Positions 62,501-64,000 of a stretch of 64,000 nt of DNA are shown here, in pieces. Position 1 is the first letter of the stretch. The number at the start of each line of letters is the position of its first letter. Below the pieces are notes generated by a model. The model did no database searches and was not told the origin of the DNA. It saw nothing but the letters and a program-made list of their open reading frames with translations. The translations under genes were made by a program, and so were the position numbers. Origin of the DNA: Marsupella aquatica (Eukaryota > Plantae > Marchantiophyta); the NCBI GenBank assembly GCA_973895155.1, contig OZ316898.1, positions 12,301,559-12,365,558 on the forward strand. Direction: 5' to 3'.

Positions 62501-64000
62501 TTGGATCTAGTCTGATTCTCAATTTGGGCTTTCCACTTCTTAAAAGTGCCAAAAACTTCAGACTTGGCATGTAGAAATGTGATCCACACATACCGTGAGT
62601 AATCATCAATGAACGTGACATAGTACAATTTTCCAGAAAGTGAGGGAGTTGGGGCTGGACCCCATACATCACTATGTACATACTCAAGTATAGCTTTGGT
62701 ATTGTGAGTTCCAACACCAAAGGTTCTCCTATGCTGCTTCCCAAGCACACAGTATTCACAAAATTCTAGCTTAGTAGATTCCAAGTTAGAAAGAAGTCCT
62801 TTCCTGCGAAGTACCGCCAAACCCTTTTCACTCATGTGTCCCAATCTGCAGTGCCACAACTGAGTCATCTCGCATTGAGATCTAGTTACATTGGCTTCTT
62901 CACAAATCACGTTGCCCTCCAACAGGTATAGATTCCTGTTCCGCTTACCCTTCATGACAACCTTGCCTCCGGTTGACACTTGAAGAATACCATCAGCAGA
63001 ACTCCACCGATATCCATTTGCTTCCAGCATTCCAAGAGAAATCAAGTTCTTTTTCATGTCAGGTATGTGTCTGACATTACTCACTGTTCGCACAGCTCCA
63101 TCAAACATCCGAATTTTCATGGATCCAATTCCAATGATTTGACAAGGATGATCATTCCCCATCAACACGGAACCGGTTGATACTGAGTAAGAACTAAAAA
63201 ACTCTTTCATACAACAAATATGATAGGTACAGGCACAGTCTAAAATCCATTCATCACCGTTGTTACTGGATGAAATGCAAAGGGCAACATCTGGACTTCA
63301 CAAGATTTCAACATCAAGCAAGTCAATCATATCAACATCAGTGGCTGCGTTCGCTGATGGTTGATCAGTCTGTTTGACTCGACATTCTCGTTTCATGTGG
63401 CCAGGCTTGTTACATTTCCAGCATATAATTGGTTTCCTTTCTAGAGATTTCTCTCTAGACCTGGATCTAGACTTAGACCGAGCCTTCTCCTTGCCTCTAT
63501 TCCGTGAGGGGTACGTTTGTGAAAAGGATCTGTTTTCACCAGTCATCCGTTGTTGAGTCCTCCCACGGTTCACATTCAATGCACTGCCAGATGAAGATGG
63601 TGTCTGGGCATGATCCACTTTCTTCTGTGCATCATCTGACAACAAAGAGCTTACCACCTCATCATATGAAATGGTTTTGAGATCTCTATACAAGAGAACC
63701 TGCTTCAAACCTTGATACGATGGGGGTAAGGAACTGAGAAGAAGCAATGTCTTATCTTCATCTTCCACTCCTTTGCCAAGATTTGACAAATCTACAGCTA
63801 GGCTGTCGAATTCATCCAAGTGATCTCGAAGTTTGCCTCCTTCTTTTAGTCTCAAGCTCATCAAGAGAGACTTCTTGTACAACCGATCTGAGGCATCCTC
63901 TCGGTAGTACTTCTCTCTGAGGGCCTTGAATAAGGATACGCAATCCTCGTAGTCGTCCAGCTTTTTAATGATATGCGGCTTCAGATACAGCATAACCGCA
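59539..64000 (-). mobile_element. Second, related Ty1/copia element (5' part outside the window), pol disrupted
   Basis: 3' LTR at 59539-59870 (- strand TGTTAAGGATTGCTCTTAG...TTCAACA) and PPT at 59872-59881. RT/RH at 60075-61668, INT/PR at 61732-63297, and gag from 63298 to beyond 64000 with CWKCNKPGHMKREC. Stops at 61732-61734 and 60973-60975, and a 5-bp deletion at ~60940 relative to copia 1. Confidence 0.95.

Overview
Eukaryotic nuclear DNA from a land plant. Gene structure and the organelle-derived fragment suggest a bryophyte or liverwort, but that is inference. There are four recognisable intron-containing genes: CAND2/PMTR1-like 7TM protein (-), CHR24/ERCC6L-type SNF2 remodeller (-), PP2A B'/B56 regulatory subunit (+), and a YFH7/uridine-kinase-like P-loop kinase (+). 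There is also one candidate two-exon orphan gene encoding a small hydrophilic protein (+). The intergenic DNA holds two oppositely oriented non-autonomous Helitrons built around the same minisatellite, a decayed L1-type LINE, two MITE-like elements, two tRNA-like relics, an organellar group II intron maturase fragment, and two related Ty1/copia elements lying tail-to-tail. One copia is complete with LTRs, TSD, PBS and PPT; the other runs off the window end. The most notable observation is that both diverged copia elements have an in-frame TGA at the same gag/pol junction, which suggests programmed recoding or splicing rather than decay. All coordinates and identities were read by eye; no searches were run.
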